Shown here: positions 9,351-19,262 of the stretch, in pieces
Position numbering within the stretch: position 1 is the stretch's first letter
Layout of the letters: each line of letters opens with the position of its first letter
Source: Promethearchaeota archaeon
GTDB taxonomy: Archaea; Asgardarchaeota; Lokiarchaeia; Sigyniarchaeales; SOKP01
Length of the DNA: 64,000 nucleotides
Reading direction: 5' to 3'
Assembly (NCBI GenBank): GCA_019058365.1
Contig: JAHPZE010000002.1
Coordinates: 160,001-224,000, forward strand
Notes under the pieces: generated by a model
What the model saw: only the letters and a program-made list of their open reading frames with translations
The model's database searches: none
What the model was told of the DNA's origin: nothing
Translations under genes and position numbers: made by a program

Positions 9351-10349
9351 CTAAATCAATAACTCACACATATTTTTAAGTTTGAACTCTATTTTCTTCT
9401 TTCTACCAAAGACTTTTATAATCCAATAGGCATCCGGACAATAAGTTATAATATAATTTAGAACATCTGGTAAAAATTTAGATAGATTACTTAATCCCTT
9501 AAAATCTTCCATTCTTTTAAGAGCTATTGCTTCAGATATATCAGTACGTAACTGATGACCAACACCGCCACCACAACAATCTTGTGGAATAGAATCTATT
9601 AAGGTATATCCACTATTTCTGTAAATTTTTTCAATATGATCGACTATAAAAGGAATCTCTCCATTTTTTAATGGGCAAGCATGTTGTATTAGTAAATTTC
9701 CTGATTTTTTAGATTTTGATGGTTCTAAATATTCTGTAAAGTATCTAATTTTTATCCCATACTGACTGTAATGTTTATTAAAAACCATAAAACAGCTAGG
9801 ACAAACGGTAATGACGGTATCTATCCCCTTGGCTTTAAATTTTTCTAAATTATTTTCAACCAAATAGTTATAAGATTCTAATGCTCCCGTACATAATATA
9901 GGATATCCACAGCAGTCTTCCTTTTCAAGAATACAAAAATCAATTTTCTTAGAAAGAAGGTATTTCATAATACTACTCCCATATTCTGGAGTTTTAACAG
10001 TAGTAAAACAACCAAAGTATAATAAAGTGTTACTTTCTTTAGACACTGCGTTAGGAATTTTAATTCGATTCTTATTTCTAATAAATGGCGTTTTATATCT
10101 TTCTATATTGCCGATATTTACATCTAATCCATCGATTGAATTCCCATCTGTTAAGAATTTATGCTTCAAAATAAAACGCTCTTCAGATGTACCACAATCA
10201 TTACAATGAATACAATTGTACAGTCGAAAGTAGTCTTGTTGTTGAAATTTATAATTATCTCTATTTTCTATTAGATGTCTTACTTCTTCATTAGTAATGA
10301 AGTTATCTGGATCAACTTCTTGACAGGGACATTTATAATCTTCTTTCAT
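9351..10349 (-). CDS. (Fe-S)-binding CCG-domain protein (HdrD/HdrB/GlpC-like)
   Basis: CIHCNDC; YFGC..CCG..CPSC; HACP..CCGGG..YCP. Start placed at ATG 10349 to avoid overlap with the upstream gene. Confidence 0.82.
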   Translation of the reverse strand: MKEDYKCPCQEVDPDNFITNEEVRHLIENRDNYKFQQQDYFRLYNCIHCNDCGTSEERFILKHKFLTDGNSIDGLDVNIGNIERYKTPFIRNKNRIKIPNAVSKESNTLLYFGCFTTVKTPEYGSSIMKYLLSKKIDFCILEKEDCCGYPILCTGALESYNYLVENNLEKFKAKGIDTVITVCPSCFMVFNKHYSQYGIKIRYFTEYLEPSKSKKSGNLLIQHACPLKNGEIPFIVDHIEKIYRNSGYTLIDSIPQDCCGGGVGHQLRTDISEAIALKRMEDFKGLSNLSKFLPDVLNYIITYCPDAYWIIKVFGRKKKIEFKLKNMCELLI

Positions 10350-10359
10350 TTGTGGGATT

Positions 10360-11349
10360 TTATAACAATAATTCGAATAAATCAATAGCAGATGGATGAA
10401 TTTTACACTGTTTGCTAAATCGTCGTAGAATCCACCAGCATGAAGGACAATAAGTTGTTATATAATCAAGATCATCTCGATCAAAATCAGACATTCTCTT
10501 ACGAGCAATACCCTCTATTATATCAGTACGTCCCATCCAACCAGATCCACCACCACAACACCAATGAGGGATATCTACCACTTTATATCCACTTTTTTTA
10601 AGAGTATTATTAACATGCTTATCTATCCCCGCTTCACCCCTATTCATTAATTGACATAGGTGCTGTATCCCAACTCTGCTCGTTTTATGTACAATCGAAG
10701 GTTTTAAGTAATCAGAAATATATCTTACTTCAGCATTTAAACCTTCCATTTCATTTTTAAAAAGATGATAACAAGCGGGACACAAGCAAATTATTTCCTT
10801 AAATTTTTTTGCATTAAAAAGCTCTCTATTCTCTTTTATACATGTTTCAAACTCATTTATTAATCCGCTGATTTTTAAATGCCATCCACAACAAATTTCA
10901 GTTTCCAAAATAGTGAAATCAATCTCTTGTTGCATAAGATATTGAAGAGCATGTTCAGTATAATGGGGAATTCTTATCGTAGAGAGACAACCCATAAAAA
11001 AAAGAGTATCAGATTTATTTGGAATTCCTTTTGGGGGGTTTATTCGCATTTTATTTGTAGGATATGGTGATCTATAGTTCTCAAAACATTCAATCATCTC
11101 ATTTATCCCTTTAAATGTATTTCCTTCTTCAATATATTTTTGTTTTAATAAAATACGTTCATTTTCTGTCCCGCATTCTCCACAATGAACACAATTATAG
11201 AGTTTATCATAATCATCTGCTTTAAATTGAATTCTATCCTTCTTCCTAATGAAATCTCTTACTGTTTCATCACTAAGAAAATTTTCCGGATCAACTTCAT
11301 CAGTAGGATAATTTTTTCTTCCTTTTATTCGTTCTTTCATAAATTTCAC
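10360..11349 (-). CDS. (Fe-S)-binding CCG-domain protein, tandem paralogue
   Basis: CVHCGEC; FMGC..CCG..CPAC; HLC..CCGGG..CPSC. Confidence 0.85.
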   Translation of the reverse strand: MKFMKERIKGRKNYPTDEVDPENFLSDETVRDFIRKKDRIQFKADDYDKLYNCVHCGECGTENERILLKQKYIEEGNTFKGINEMIECFENYRSPYPTNKMRINPPKGIPNKSDTLFFMGCLSTIRIPHYTEHALQYLMQQEIDFTILETEICCGWHLKISGLINEFETCIKENRELFNAKKFKEIICLCPACYHLFKNEMEGLNAEVRYISDYLKPSIVHKTSRVGIQHLCQLMNRGEAGIDKHVNNTLKKSGYKVVDIPHWCCGGGSGWMGRTDIIEGIARKRMSDFDRDDLDYITTYCPSCWWILRRFSKQCKIHPSAIDLFELLL

Positions 11350-11509
11350 ACGTAATTAACAAAGCTTAATTCTTTATAAAGACTTCATTAATATTCAATA
11401 AAGCAGTTATCCTATTATAATCAATTTATCAACATTTTTATTATAAAATTGAATATCGATCAAATACAAACAAGTTTAAAAATAAATAAAAAAGAAAATT
11501 CTTTAAGAT

Positions 11510-11668
11510 TTACTTATTTTTTTTGATTTTAACATTAGTTCTCTGTATGCCCACTTCTTTATTACTTGGCATAGGCGTTCCACAATGATCTCTTAACCTT
11601 TCACTATCTTTGAATGCTTTATCAAGTTCTTCCTCTAACTCATCATCAGATTTTTCTTTATCTGTCAT
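11510..11668 (-). CDS. Small hypothetical protein (52 aa)
   Basis: Not in ORF track. MTDKEKSDDELEEELDKAFKDSERLRDHCGTPMPSNKEVGIQRTNVKIKKNK; same strand as neighbours, GAGGA upstream, codon-like composition. Confidence 0.5.
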   Translation of the reverse strand: MTDKEKSDDELEEELDKAFKDSERLRDHCGTPMPSNKEVGIQRTNVKIKKNK

Positions 11669-11776
11669 AATTTAAATAGAGAAGTCCTCTTATTTAAGGG
11701 TTTTATTTATAAATAAAAAATCAACTAAAACTCTTCTAAAACATAAAAGCAGAAAAAAAGAGGTGTAAAATGAGAT

Positions 11777-12142
11777 TTATTTTTTAAAATAATTTAATAC
11801 TGCTTTTTCCTTCTCTACAGGTCTTCTTTCAGGAACAAGAATATAAATTTTCCCAACAGTCTCATAGAAATCTGGACGTAAATATAAATTGCAGTAACAT
11901 GCACCATATTCTTTTATATCTAATGGAGCATAGTCACAAGGACATATTAAATCCCTATCCAAATCTCGATTCCCGGAAGCTAGACGACATGGACATGATT
12001 GATATCCATTTTTTTTTTTATTCTCTACTAAACCTTCAATTAAATTATTGAGAGTTTCTTGATCTTTATTTAATATCCACTTATTTGTTTTACAGACTTT
12101 ATTGCAGTATTCCATCATTCCTTCTTTAGTTTTCATATCCAT
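11777..12142 (-). CDS. Ferredoxin:thioredoxin reductase catalytic subunit-like
   Basis: CPCR, ICPC and CYC motifs. Confidence 0.9.
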   Translation of the reverse strand: MDMKTKEGMMEYCNKVCKTNKWILNKDQETLNNLIEGLVENKKKNGYQSCPCRLASGNRDLDRDLICPCDYAPLDIKEYGACYCNLYLRPDFYETVGKIYILVPERRPVEKEKAVLNYFKK

Positions 12143-12143
12143 C

Positions 12144-12455
12144 TTAATTACCTCCAGATTTCATAAATTCTTCATATTTGTCTGGATTATACCCCACTAC
12201 AACTTCACCGTCACAAATCATAAAAGGATATGAAATCCTAGATTGGTAGTTTTCTCTTAAATAATCCATTATTTTTGACTTTTCTTCAAAATTAATCTGA
12301 TCAACATCAACATATTTATATTGCACATCACGATCATTCAACCACGCTTTGCATTTTTTACACCACATACACGTAGATAATGTTAGAATTGTAATATCTC
12401 TATTTTTATTAGAACCTTCAACTGTTTTTGCAAGTTTTTCTATAATTTCCGACAT
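12144..12455 (-). CDS. Glutaredoxin/NrdH-like redoxin
   Basis: LSTCMWCKK, SYP, VVGY; 1 bp from the FTR gene. Confidence 0.88.
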   Translation of the reverse strand: MSEIIEKLAKTVEGSNKNRDITILTLSTCMWCKKCKAWLNDRDVQYKYVDVDQINFEEKSKIMDYLRENYQSRISYPFMICDGEVVVGYNPDKYEEFMKSGGN

Positions 12456-12495
12456 AATTTTATTTCTTCCTCGTTATTATAAAAATCTTTTTAAT

Positions 12496-12945
12496 TTATA
12501 CTGATCTAATATTTAGTTTCCATTCTGGATCTATACACTCAAAAGCTTCTTCTGTTAATTTTCTAATATCGCTATGACAAGAATCTAATAATATGCCTAA
12601 ATGCTCGAGTGCTCTTTTATCGCCAATCTTCATAAGACTTTCTATAATTACAAATAATCTTGTTTTATCCTGATCTTCTTCATGTTTTTCTACTTCTTGT
12701 TTTAAAACCTCTGTAATTAGCATTGTAGCCTTGGAGTCTCCAATTTCCCCCATAGCTTCAATAATTCGATTAATGACTACATCATCTTTTTCAGATTTTA
12801 AAGCTCTAGCCAACATATTGATTGCTCTACCTTCTTTTAATTGACCTAAGTTTTGCGCAGCAATCGCCCGCTCTTTAAAACTGGAACTACTAAATAGAGT
12901 TTTAATGTATTCATTAAAAGCTTCATTTCGAGTTTTTTGATCCAT
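12496..12945 (-). CDS. HEAT/PBS-lyase repeat protein
   Basis: Repeated AxxLGxxxxxRA / AMGEIGDSKA / LMKIGDKRA units. Confidence 0.8.
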   Translation of the reverse strand: MDQKTRNEAFNEYIKTLFSSSSFKERAIAAQNLGQLKEGRAINMLARALKSEKDDVVINRIIEAMGEIGDSKATMLITEVLKQEVEKHEEDQDKTRLFVIIESLMKIGDKRALEHLGILLDSCHSDIRKLTEEAFECIDPEWKLNIRSV

Positions 12946-13173
12946 CTTAAGTTTAGAATAAGAATAAGAAATAAGAATCTAATCATAATAAATTATTAAG
13001 AAATACTGAAAATGATATGAAAAATAAAGCGAAAATCTATGTTTTATTTGTTTTTTTAATAGTTGTAGATAATAATTTTTACATATGATTGATAAGAATT
13101 TCTGTAAAGATTTATTCAATTCTCATAAAAATTATATTATAGAAGATAAAACTTTTTTACCACTTATGTTTAT

Positions 13174-13476
13174 TTGTATAATATGGAAGCAAAAACTCCA
13201 ATAGTGATAACCAAGGAAGGCTGCCACAAATGTGAAGAGTTAAAGGAATGGCTAAAGGAAAATGACGTTAGATATATTGAACGAGATATAAATGATGAGG
13301 AATTTGTACATGAACTACTACATGATGATAATTTTTTAACGACATTTTGTGATGCTGATGGATGTATAGTAAACACCCCCGTAGTTATACATAAAGGAAA
13401 GTATTGGTTTAAAGAGCTCTGGGGTATTTCTGGACTAAGAGAAAAAGAAGCAAAGAAGCTATTCGGAATTAGATAA
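13174..13476 (+). CDS. Glutaredoxin-like protein
   Basis: CHKC motif, NTPVV cis-Pro, extra CDADGC insert. Confidence 0.8.
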   Translation: MYNMEAKTPIVITKEGCHKCEELKEWLKENDVRYIERDINDEEFVHELLHDDNFLTTFCDADGCIVNTPVVIHKGKYWFKELWGISGLREKEAKKLFGIR

Positions 13477-13572
13477 TTTTTTTTAATTTTTGAATTAATT
13501 TTTGATCAATTAAATTCAGTTAGTTTTTTTATCAGTCTTCTAATATTAGCAGTATGAAAATGATGATTTCAA

Positions 13573-13965
13573 CTAAAAATTGGAGCAAATTTCGATAAAA
13601 TTTTCCTCAAAGTACTGATTTTTTCTTTTTCTTAATTTCATGGGGTTGATCCTCATCTCGAAAGACCATTTTTTCATTAATTCTACAGGTTTTAACCATT
13701 GTAGGCCAGTACCAAACATTAACTTAATTTCAAAAGCAACGAATGTGATATTTTCATAGGGGTGATAACCAAGGATTAATTTATAAGTTTCTCCAAATGA
13801 TGCTAATGTCATTCCATGACGAACAATAAGTTTGCGATATAACTCATTTTCTGAAATATATTGATCAAGTATTTTTCCTCGATTAAGTTGCCAAAAATGT
13901 AATGTCCCATTCCATACCTCATCTATATTCGAATTTATTACATAATGACAAAACTTATGCCCCAT
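13573..13965 (-). CDS. Hypothetical protein
   Basis: 130-aa ORF with GGAG RBS; no recognised motif. Confidence 0.6.
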   Translation of the reverse strand: MGHKFCHYVINSNIDEVWNGTLHFWQLNRGKILDQYISENELYRKLIVRHGMTLASFGETYKLILGYHPYENITFVAFEIKLMFGTGLQWLKPVELMKKWSFEMRINPMKLRKRKNQYFEENFIEICSNF

Positions 13966-14069
13966 CAGAGCTCCTTTTATTTCATAGTATTATTTTTTTT
14001 ATTATACACTATCTATGATAAATTAGAATATTTATTTGTTTTGACTTAAATTTAATACTTCATACTCGC

Positions 14070-14666
14070 TTATAAAAATTCTACTAATCTTTTTATTACT
14101 TTTCGGATGGTTCTCAACCCTTCTTCATCATTTTCGACTCCTTCTTTTCCCATATCTCTACTCCATAAACTAGCACCTATATTCGCTCCAAAAGCGCCAC
14201 CAGATACGGATATAATATGATTTTGTTGGTAAAAATCTAAAATACTTCTTATAGCAATCTCTTGTCCTCCGCTTCTATCTCCCCCTACAGCTAATGCAGC
14301 TCCAATTTTATTTTTAAATACATTAGGATTCTTAGCAACAATAGCACGACATCGATCCATTACCGTTTTTAGTTGACCTGATAAATTACCTTGAAATACT
14401 GGAGTACCTAAGAGAAGAAATTTAGCTACTTCCAATTTAAAATAAAGATCTTCCATGTCATCCTTATTGACACAACCTTTTTTCTCTCGAATACAATAAT
14501 CGCAATGAATGCAGAAATTAATTTTTTTATTTCTAACACTCCAAAATTCTGTATCAAAACCAAATTTTTCAGCAGCATAGTTTAAGGCATACTCGACAGC
14601 ATATTCTGTTCCTTGCTTTCTTGGACTTCCACATATGCCTAAAAGTAGATTCTTCTTTTCAACCAT
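14070..14666 (-). CDS. Iron-sulfur flavoprotein (Isf; flavodoxin-like FMN reductase family)
   Basis: GSPR FMN loop, CxxCxxCx6C, GTPVF, GGQE. Confidence 0.9.
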   Translation of the reverse strand: MVEKKNLLLGICGSPRKQGTEYAVEYALNYAAEKFGFDTEFWSVRNKKINFCIHCDYCIREKKGCVNKDDMEDLYFKLEVAKFLLLGTPVFQGNLSGQLKTVMDRCRAIVAKNPNVFKNKIGAALAVGGDRSGGQEIAIRSILDFYQQNHIISVSGGAFGANIGASLWSRDMGKEGVENDEEGLRTIRKVIKRLVEFL

Positions 14667-14752
14667 AATAATGCATTTAACTTGCTTTTATTAATAATTA
14701 ATCATTATTGTATAAAATAAAAGTTGTAAAATCAAAATCCTAATATTAAAAG

Positions 14753-15409
14753 ATGGATACAACTAGACTGAGTTTAGCAAGAATCAAGATTAAGTTTCCG
14801 GATCAGATATGGATTTCTGAAATTTTTAAGCACTATCCTGATATAAAAATGGAAATTGCTCATTTTCTCCCGTATGATCTTGAGGAATCTATCGGAAATA
14901 GTCTAGTTGAGATTTTACATTACAATATCAATTCTATTATAGAAGAAATTAGGAATCATCCTTCTGTTTTTGAGTTTAATATATTAGAGAAGGAAGAAAA
15001 CAAAATTAAATTTAATGTGAAAACAAAAGATCCTTATTTATTATATGCCATAATAAAATGCGGAGTTCTTATTGACTTTCCAGTAAGAGTTGAGGATGGA
15101 TTTGCTTATTGGAGGTTGATATCGAGTAGAGAACGAATAGATCAATTATTAACACTTTTTGAAGAAAAAAATATTAATTTTGAATTATTAAGAATTGGAT
15201 TATCTCCATACACTATTGAAGATGATAAAAATAAATTAACCTTTGATGAATCTAATATACTTGATAAGGCTATTTCTTCAGGATTCTTTGAAATTCCAAG
15301 GAAGATTTCTTTAGAAGAACTAGCTAACGAATTGGGCAAATCTAAATCAGCATTATCTGTAATGCTTAGAAAAATCATTAAAAAGAAAGTCTTATTCGAG
15401 AAACAATAA
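14753..15409 (+). CDS. Bat-type (HTH_10) transcriptional regulator
   Basis: C-terminal GFFEIPRKISLEELANELGKSKS motif; divergent from isf. Confidence 0.88.
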   Translation: MDTTRLSLARIKIKFPDQIWISEIFKHYPDIKMEIAHFLPYDLEESIGNSLVEILHYNINSIIEEIRNHPSVFEFNILEKEENKIKFNVKTKDPYLLYAIIKCGVLIDFPVRVEDGFAYWRLISSRERIDQLLTLFEEKNINFELLRIGLSPYTIEDDKNKLTFDESNILDKAISSGFFEIPRKISLEELANELGKSKSALSVMLRKIIKKKVLFEKQ

Positions 15410-15429
15410 GTAAAAAATATAAAGAAAAA

Positions 15430-16215
15430 TTATACCCATTCTTCTTTTAAAATATTTCCTTGTATGCCCACGATAACAAATTTTATTGGAACTTTTCTGT
15501 TTGCTCGCTTAGTTCCTTCTTGAGCTAAAGCTAATAAACCAGAACAACAAGGTACTTCCATAATAGCAACTGTAAGTGTGTTTATTTTTGCGTCATCAAT
15601 TAAAGATTTAATTTTTTCTATGTAAACTTCTTTACCTTGATCCAGTTTTGGACAAGCAATTGCTATAGATTTCTTTTTTAGGAAATCTCTATGAAAATCT
15701 CCATATGAGAATCCTACACAATCTGCAGAAAGAAGTACATCTGCTCCTTGGTAATATGGTGCTCGAGGATTGATTAAATGCATTTGAACAGGCCACTGTC
15801 TTAGTGCTGAAGGTATCTTTCCAGATACTAATGTTTGCGATTTTGGTTCCTCAAAAACCATTGTTTGAGCAGAAGGGCAACTACATTGATGGACATGCTC
15901 AGTAGCAATTTCTTTTATTTGTTCTATTTCAGTTTGTTCATTATGCTTCATAGATTCTAAATATTTTTCAACAGCTTCTTCATCGAACTCTAAAGCTTCT
16001 CTTTCAATTATTTCAAGTGCTCCCTCAGGACAACCAGAAATGCACGCACCAAGACCATCACAGAAAACTTCATTTATGACCCTTGCTTTTCCATCGATTA
16101 CTTTTAATGCTCCCTCTGCACAATCTACCACACAATTTCCGCATCCTGTACAAAGATCTTCATCAATCTTGATGATTTTTCTTTTTATCAAATTATTTTT
16201 TTCTGAAACTGTCAT
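15430..16215 (-). CDS. 2x[4Fe-4S] ferredoxin-domain protein with Cys-rich C-terminal domain (type often found near hcp)
   Basis: CTGCGNCVVDC, CDGLGACISGCP, QWPVQ, ADC, CPKLD, MEVPCC. Confidence 0.85.
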   Translation of the reverse strand: MTVSEKNNLIKRKIIKIDEDLCTGCGNCVVDCAEGALKVIDGKARVINEVFCDGLGACISGCPEGALEIIEREALEFDEEAVEKYLESMKHNEQTEIEQIKEIATEHVHQCSCPSAQTMVFEEPKSQTLVSGKIPSALRQWPVQMHLINPRAPYYQGADVLLSADCVGFSYGDFHRDFLKKKSIAIACPKLDQGKEVYIEKIKSLIDDAKINTLTVAIMEVPCCSGLLALAQEGTKRANRKVPIKFVIVGIQGNILKEEWV

Positions 16216-16254
16216 AATTAAAAGATGTGGAGATCAGAATATGATTTTAATTTC

Positions 16255-16264
16255 GAACATGTTC
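16255..16264. promoter_or_regulatory. GAACATGTTC palindrome, candidate operator (copy 1)
   Basis: Perfect 10-bp palindrome 40 bp upstream of the 16215 start; identical core at 18605-18614. Confidence 0.55.
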
Positions 16265-16407
16265 TTTTTTTTCGATGAATTTATTATAGTTTATGATTAC
16301 ATACCAGCATCATGTATTACGACTTGCTAGTAGTTTTTAAATAAATACATCCTAATAACTTATAAAATTAATAATTTAAACCCAAAAAATTAATATAAAT
16401 AAATAAA

Positions 16408-16611
16408 ATGGAGGAAGTCAAAGTGACGGAAGAATTCAAAATCATTGAAGTAACGAATGTTATGAAAGCCGGTAGAACTGTTAAAGTAAAGACTTGGGAA
16501 GAATTCGTGGAAATTGCAAAAAATAATAAAGTTGATAAAGTATATAAATATGGAAAACTGCACTTTATGCTTTTATCGGACGGAATTTATCAAATTAAAA
16601 AGAAAAAATAA
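16408..16611 (+). CDS. Small hypothetical protein
   Basis: 67-aa ORF filling the gap; GGAGG RBS before an alternative GTG start. Confidence 0.6.
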   Translation: MEEVKVTEEFKIIEVTNVMKAGRTVKVKTWEEFVEIAKNNKVDKVYKYGKLHFMLLSDGIYQIKKKK

Positions 16612-16623
16612 AATTTTTATTAA

Positions 16624-18528
16624 TTATATACCTAATTTTTTCCTATTCTTCTCAATATGAGTTAACATTGCATTGACGGCTTGAATTGGATCAGTCTCCA
16701 CATGTAATATTCCACCTGTTAACTCCTTACAATCTTCTGTTAAAAGTTTAACTAAATCGGCGCCTCCAGTGACTGTAGGTACTGGATTGACATATGTATA
16801 TAAACCAAATGCTAAACCAAATATTGCATCAATAGTGGCTTTTTGTTCCATGTATTCTGGAGCTGCGGCTACTACTGGTAATTCTGGGATTGGTATGCCA
16901 CCAAGAGCAGTAGAGATAGCTCCTATCAAATCTGCAACTCTACCAGTATCTGTACATGTTCCATAACTAAGAACAGGAGGAATCCCTAGTTTATCGCAAA
17001 CAGCTTTAAGTCCAGGTCCAGCCAGATTCTTTGCTTCTGGTACACATAATCCACCAACTTGTAAAGCACCATTACCGCACCCCATTGATAATACTAAAAC
17101 ATCTCTTTTAATTAATTCTTTAGCCACTTGAATTGTATGTACATCTTGACCATAATCTCTAAGTGTAGTACAAGATATTAATCCAGCAACCCCTCGAATA
17201 GTACCATTTTTAATTACGTCTAATAATGGATCGAGTGTCCCTCCAAGTGCAGCAAGAATACTTTCACTTGAAAATCCAACTACTGCTTCATTCATGTCTA
17301 AACCCATAATAGGTTCAACACTCGCTCTACGTTCCTTGAAATTATCAATTGCCATTTGAATTAATGTCGCAGCTTGCGCTTCAGCTTTTTCAGGTTTATA
17401 ATCCACTCGTTCAGTTATACCTTCAAAAACTACAACTTCTGAAACCGGAATTAACTTGAATTTATATTTTTCAGCATATATAGGGTCAATTGGCATACAA
17501 CAATTCATATCACAGATAAAGGCATCAATGCAGCCACTTGCCAAGATTGCTTCTTGCATAATCCAATTTCCTGTAAACCCATAAAAAACATCATCCATTT
17601 CCCATCTTTGTATCATTTCTTGTCCGGTCTCAATATTTGCTATAATTCTTATTCCTTTTGCACCAACTGCTTTCGCCTTTTCTTGCCATTCAGATTTTCG
17701 TGCAAGCTGGACCATTGCAAATCCTAGAAATGGTTCATGCCCATTTGGAAGGATATTTACGTAATCTGGGTCTAATACTCCTAGATTAACTCTCATTTTA
17801 TGTGGTCTGGGAATATTAAATAAAATATCTTGAGTAAATTCATTAACAATTTGGCTTTGGTAAGCCATGGCAATCCCAAGTCTCATTGCTTTTAGAGCTA
17901 AACTTGCATAATATCCATCTACATTTGTAAGGCAAGAGCTTGTTGAGAACATCATTTCACCATAAAGTCCCCCTGGAAAGATTCCTAATTTTTTCCATAC
18001 TTCTTGTCTTTCGGGAGGTGCTAATTTCTCAATAATTTTGCTTTGTTCATCATAAGGTATAATAAAGTCCTCCTTTACAAAATAATATAATCTAAGTGCA
18101 ATATCTTTTTCAGAACCGGATGTGTCTAAACCAAGACGCTCAGCAAAACTTTTTAATTTCTCGGGTTCAGAAATTTTAAATGGTGTTTTACCTTCTACCG
18201 TAGCCTTTAAGGTTTTCAAAGTTGTTTCAGTATGATAATGGTAGGTGGATGCACCCATTACATTCCTAAGAAGCATCATACGCATTGCCATACCGTCCGC
18301 AGTCATTCCGCATACGCCCCGTTTGTCTATTGATGAATCAGCTCTACAAGGCCCATTAGAACATAAGTCACAACGCGCACCTTTTAAGCAAAATGGACAT
18401 CGTTTATCAGGATCCCCTCCAAATCCCTGGGCTTCAAATCGATCCCAGATATTAGTCATCCCATCTTTTTTAATTCTTTCATAAACTTTTTGAACAGATT
18501 TATGGTAAGAGATTCTTTCATTTTCCAT
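16624..18528 (-). CDS. cooS: Atypical CooS/Ni-CODH-family protein (CooS-V-like, altered C-cluster)
   Basis: CPFC..CDLCSNGPC..GVCG (D/B clusters); GHEP, DMNC, SCTT, GCG, GTCTD, EQKA; canonical CCTG replaced by IETG. Confidence 0.9.
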   Translation of the reverse strand: MENERISYHKSVQKVYERIKKDGMTNIWDRFEAQGFGGDPDKRCPFCLKGARCDLCSNGPCRADSSIDKRGVCGMTADGMAMRMMLLRNVMGASTYHYHTETTLKTLKATVEGKTPFKISEPEKLKSFAERLGLDTSGSEKDIALRLYYFVKEDFIIPYDEQSKIIEKLAPPERQEVWKKLGIFPGGLYGEMMFSTSSCLTNVDGYYASLALKAMRLGIAMAYQSQIVNEFTQDILFNIPRPHKMRVNLGVLDPDYVNILPNGHEPFLGFAMVQLARKSEWQEKAKAVGAKGIRIIANIETGQEMIQRWEMDDVFYGFTGNWIMQEAILASGCIDAFICDMNCCMPIDPIYAEKYKFKLIPVSEVVVFEGITERVDYKPEKAEAQAATLIQMAIDNFKERRASVEPIMGLDMNEAVVGFSSESILAALGGTLDPLLDVIKNGTIRGVAGLISCTTLRDYGQDVHTIQVAKELIKRDVLVLSMGCGNGALQVGGLCVPEAKNLAGPGLKAVCDKLGIPPVLSYGTCTDTGRVADLIGAISTALGGIPIPELPVVAAAPEYMEQKATIDAIFGLAFGLYTYVNPVPTVTGGADLVKLLTEDCKELTGGILHVETDPIQAVNAMLTHIEKNRKKLGI

Positions 18529-18603
18529 AAATAACCACTTTTATCCAAATTTTTTAAAACTATTGTATTTAAAAAATAAGTCATTAGGATTTAAGTTTAT
18601 AAT

Positions 18604-18615
18604 TGAACATGTTCA
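18604..18615. promoter_or_regulatory. TGAACATGTTCA palindrome, candidate operator (copy 2)
   Basis: Perfect 12-bp palindrome next to TTTATAA in the divergent cooS / PAS-gene intergenic region. Confidence 0.6.
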
Positions 18616-18679
18616 TTTAAAAGAGATAAAATGCTAAACTAAATTACATCAAATTATACATTATAATAGTGAAGAAGAA

Positions 18680-19066
18680 TTGCTAGAAAACTTACCAATT
18701 GAGTTAATAGAATTAATTATTGATACTTTACCTCTTGAAATGTCTTTTATTGACGCAGAGGATAAGGTAAAATACTATAGCAAAGGAGATAAAAGAATTT
18801 TTAAACGAACTCCCGCGGTAATAGGCAAAAAAGTTCAAAATTGTCATCCACCTAAAAGCCTTGATAAGGTAAATGAGATATTGAAAACATTTAAAGAAAA
18901 TACAAGAGATTTTGCTGAGTTTTGGATTCCTTTAGGTGATTTATTCTTATATATTCGTTATTTTCCTGTAAGAGATAAAGAAGGAAATTACTTAGGAACA
19001 CTGGAAGTAACTCAAGAAATTAGTAGAATACAAACTCTAAAAGGAGAAAAAAGGTTACTTGGTTAA
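18680..19066 (+). CDS. Stand-alone PAS domain protein (PAS_10/DUF438-associated type)
   Basis: RIFKRTPAVIGKKVQNCHPPKS, FWI, YFPVRD, GTLEVTQEI. Confidence 0.88.
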   Translation: MLENLPIELIELIIDTLPLEMSFIDAEDKVKYYSKGDKRIFKRTPAVIGKKVQNCHPPKSLDKVNEILKTFKENTRDFAEFWIPLGDLFLYIRYFPVRDKEGNYLGTLEVTQEISRIQTLKGEKRLLG

Positions 19067-19262
19067 AATTTTAATTATTTCTTTTTTTTTCTTACTTCTT
19101 AATTTTAAGGGCTTTTAACCTTTATTTTTTGAAATTGCTAACAATAAAAGAGTATTTAGGTTATTTTATAATTATAATATCGTAAATATACATAGAGATT
19201 ATCCTTAAAGATTACATTATATAATAATAACGTTAAAATAAGATGAAAAAACTAATTATTCT

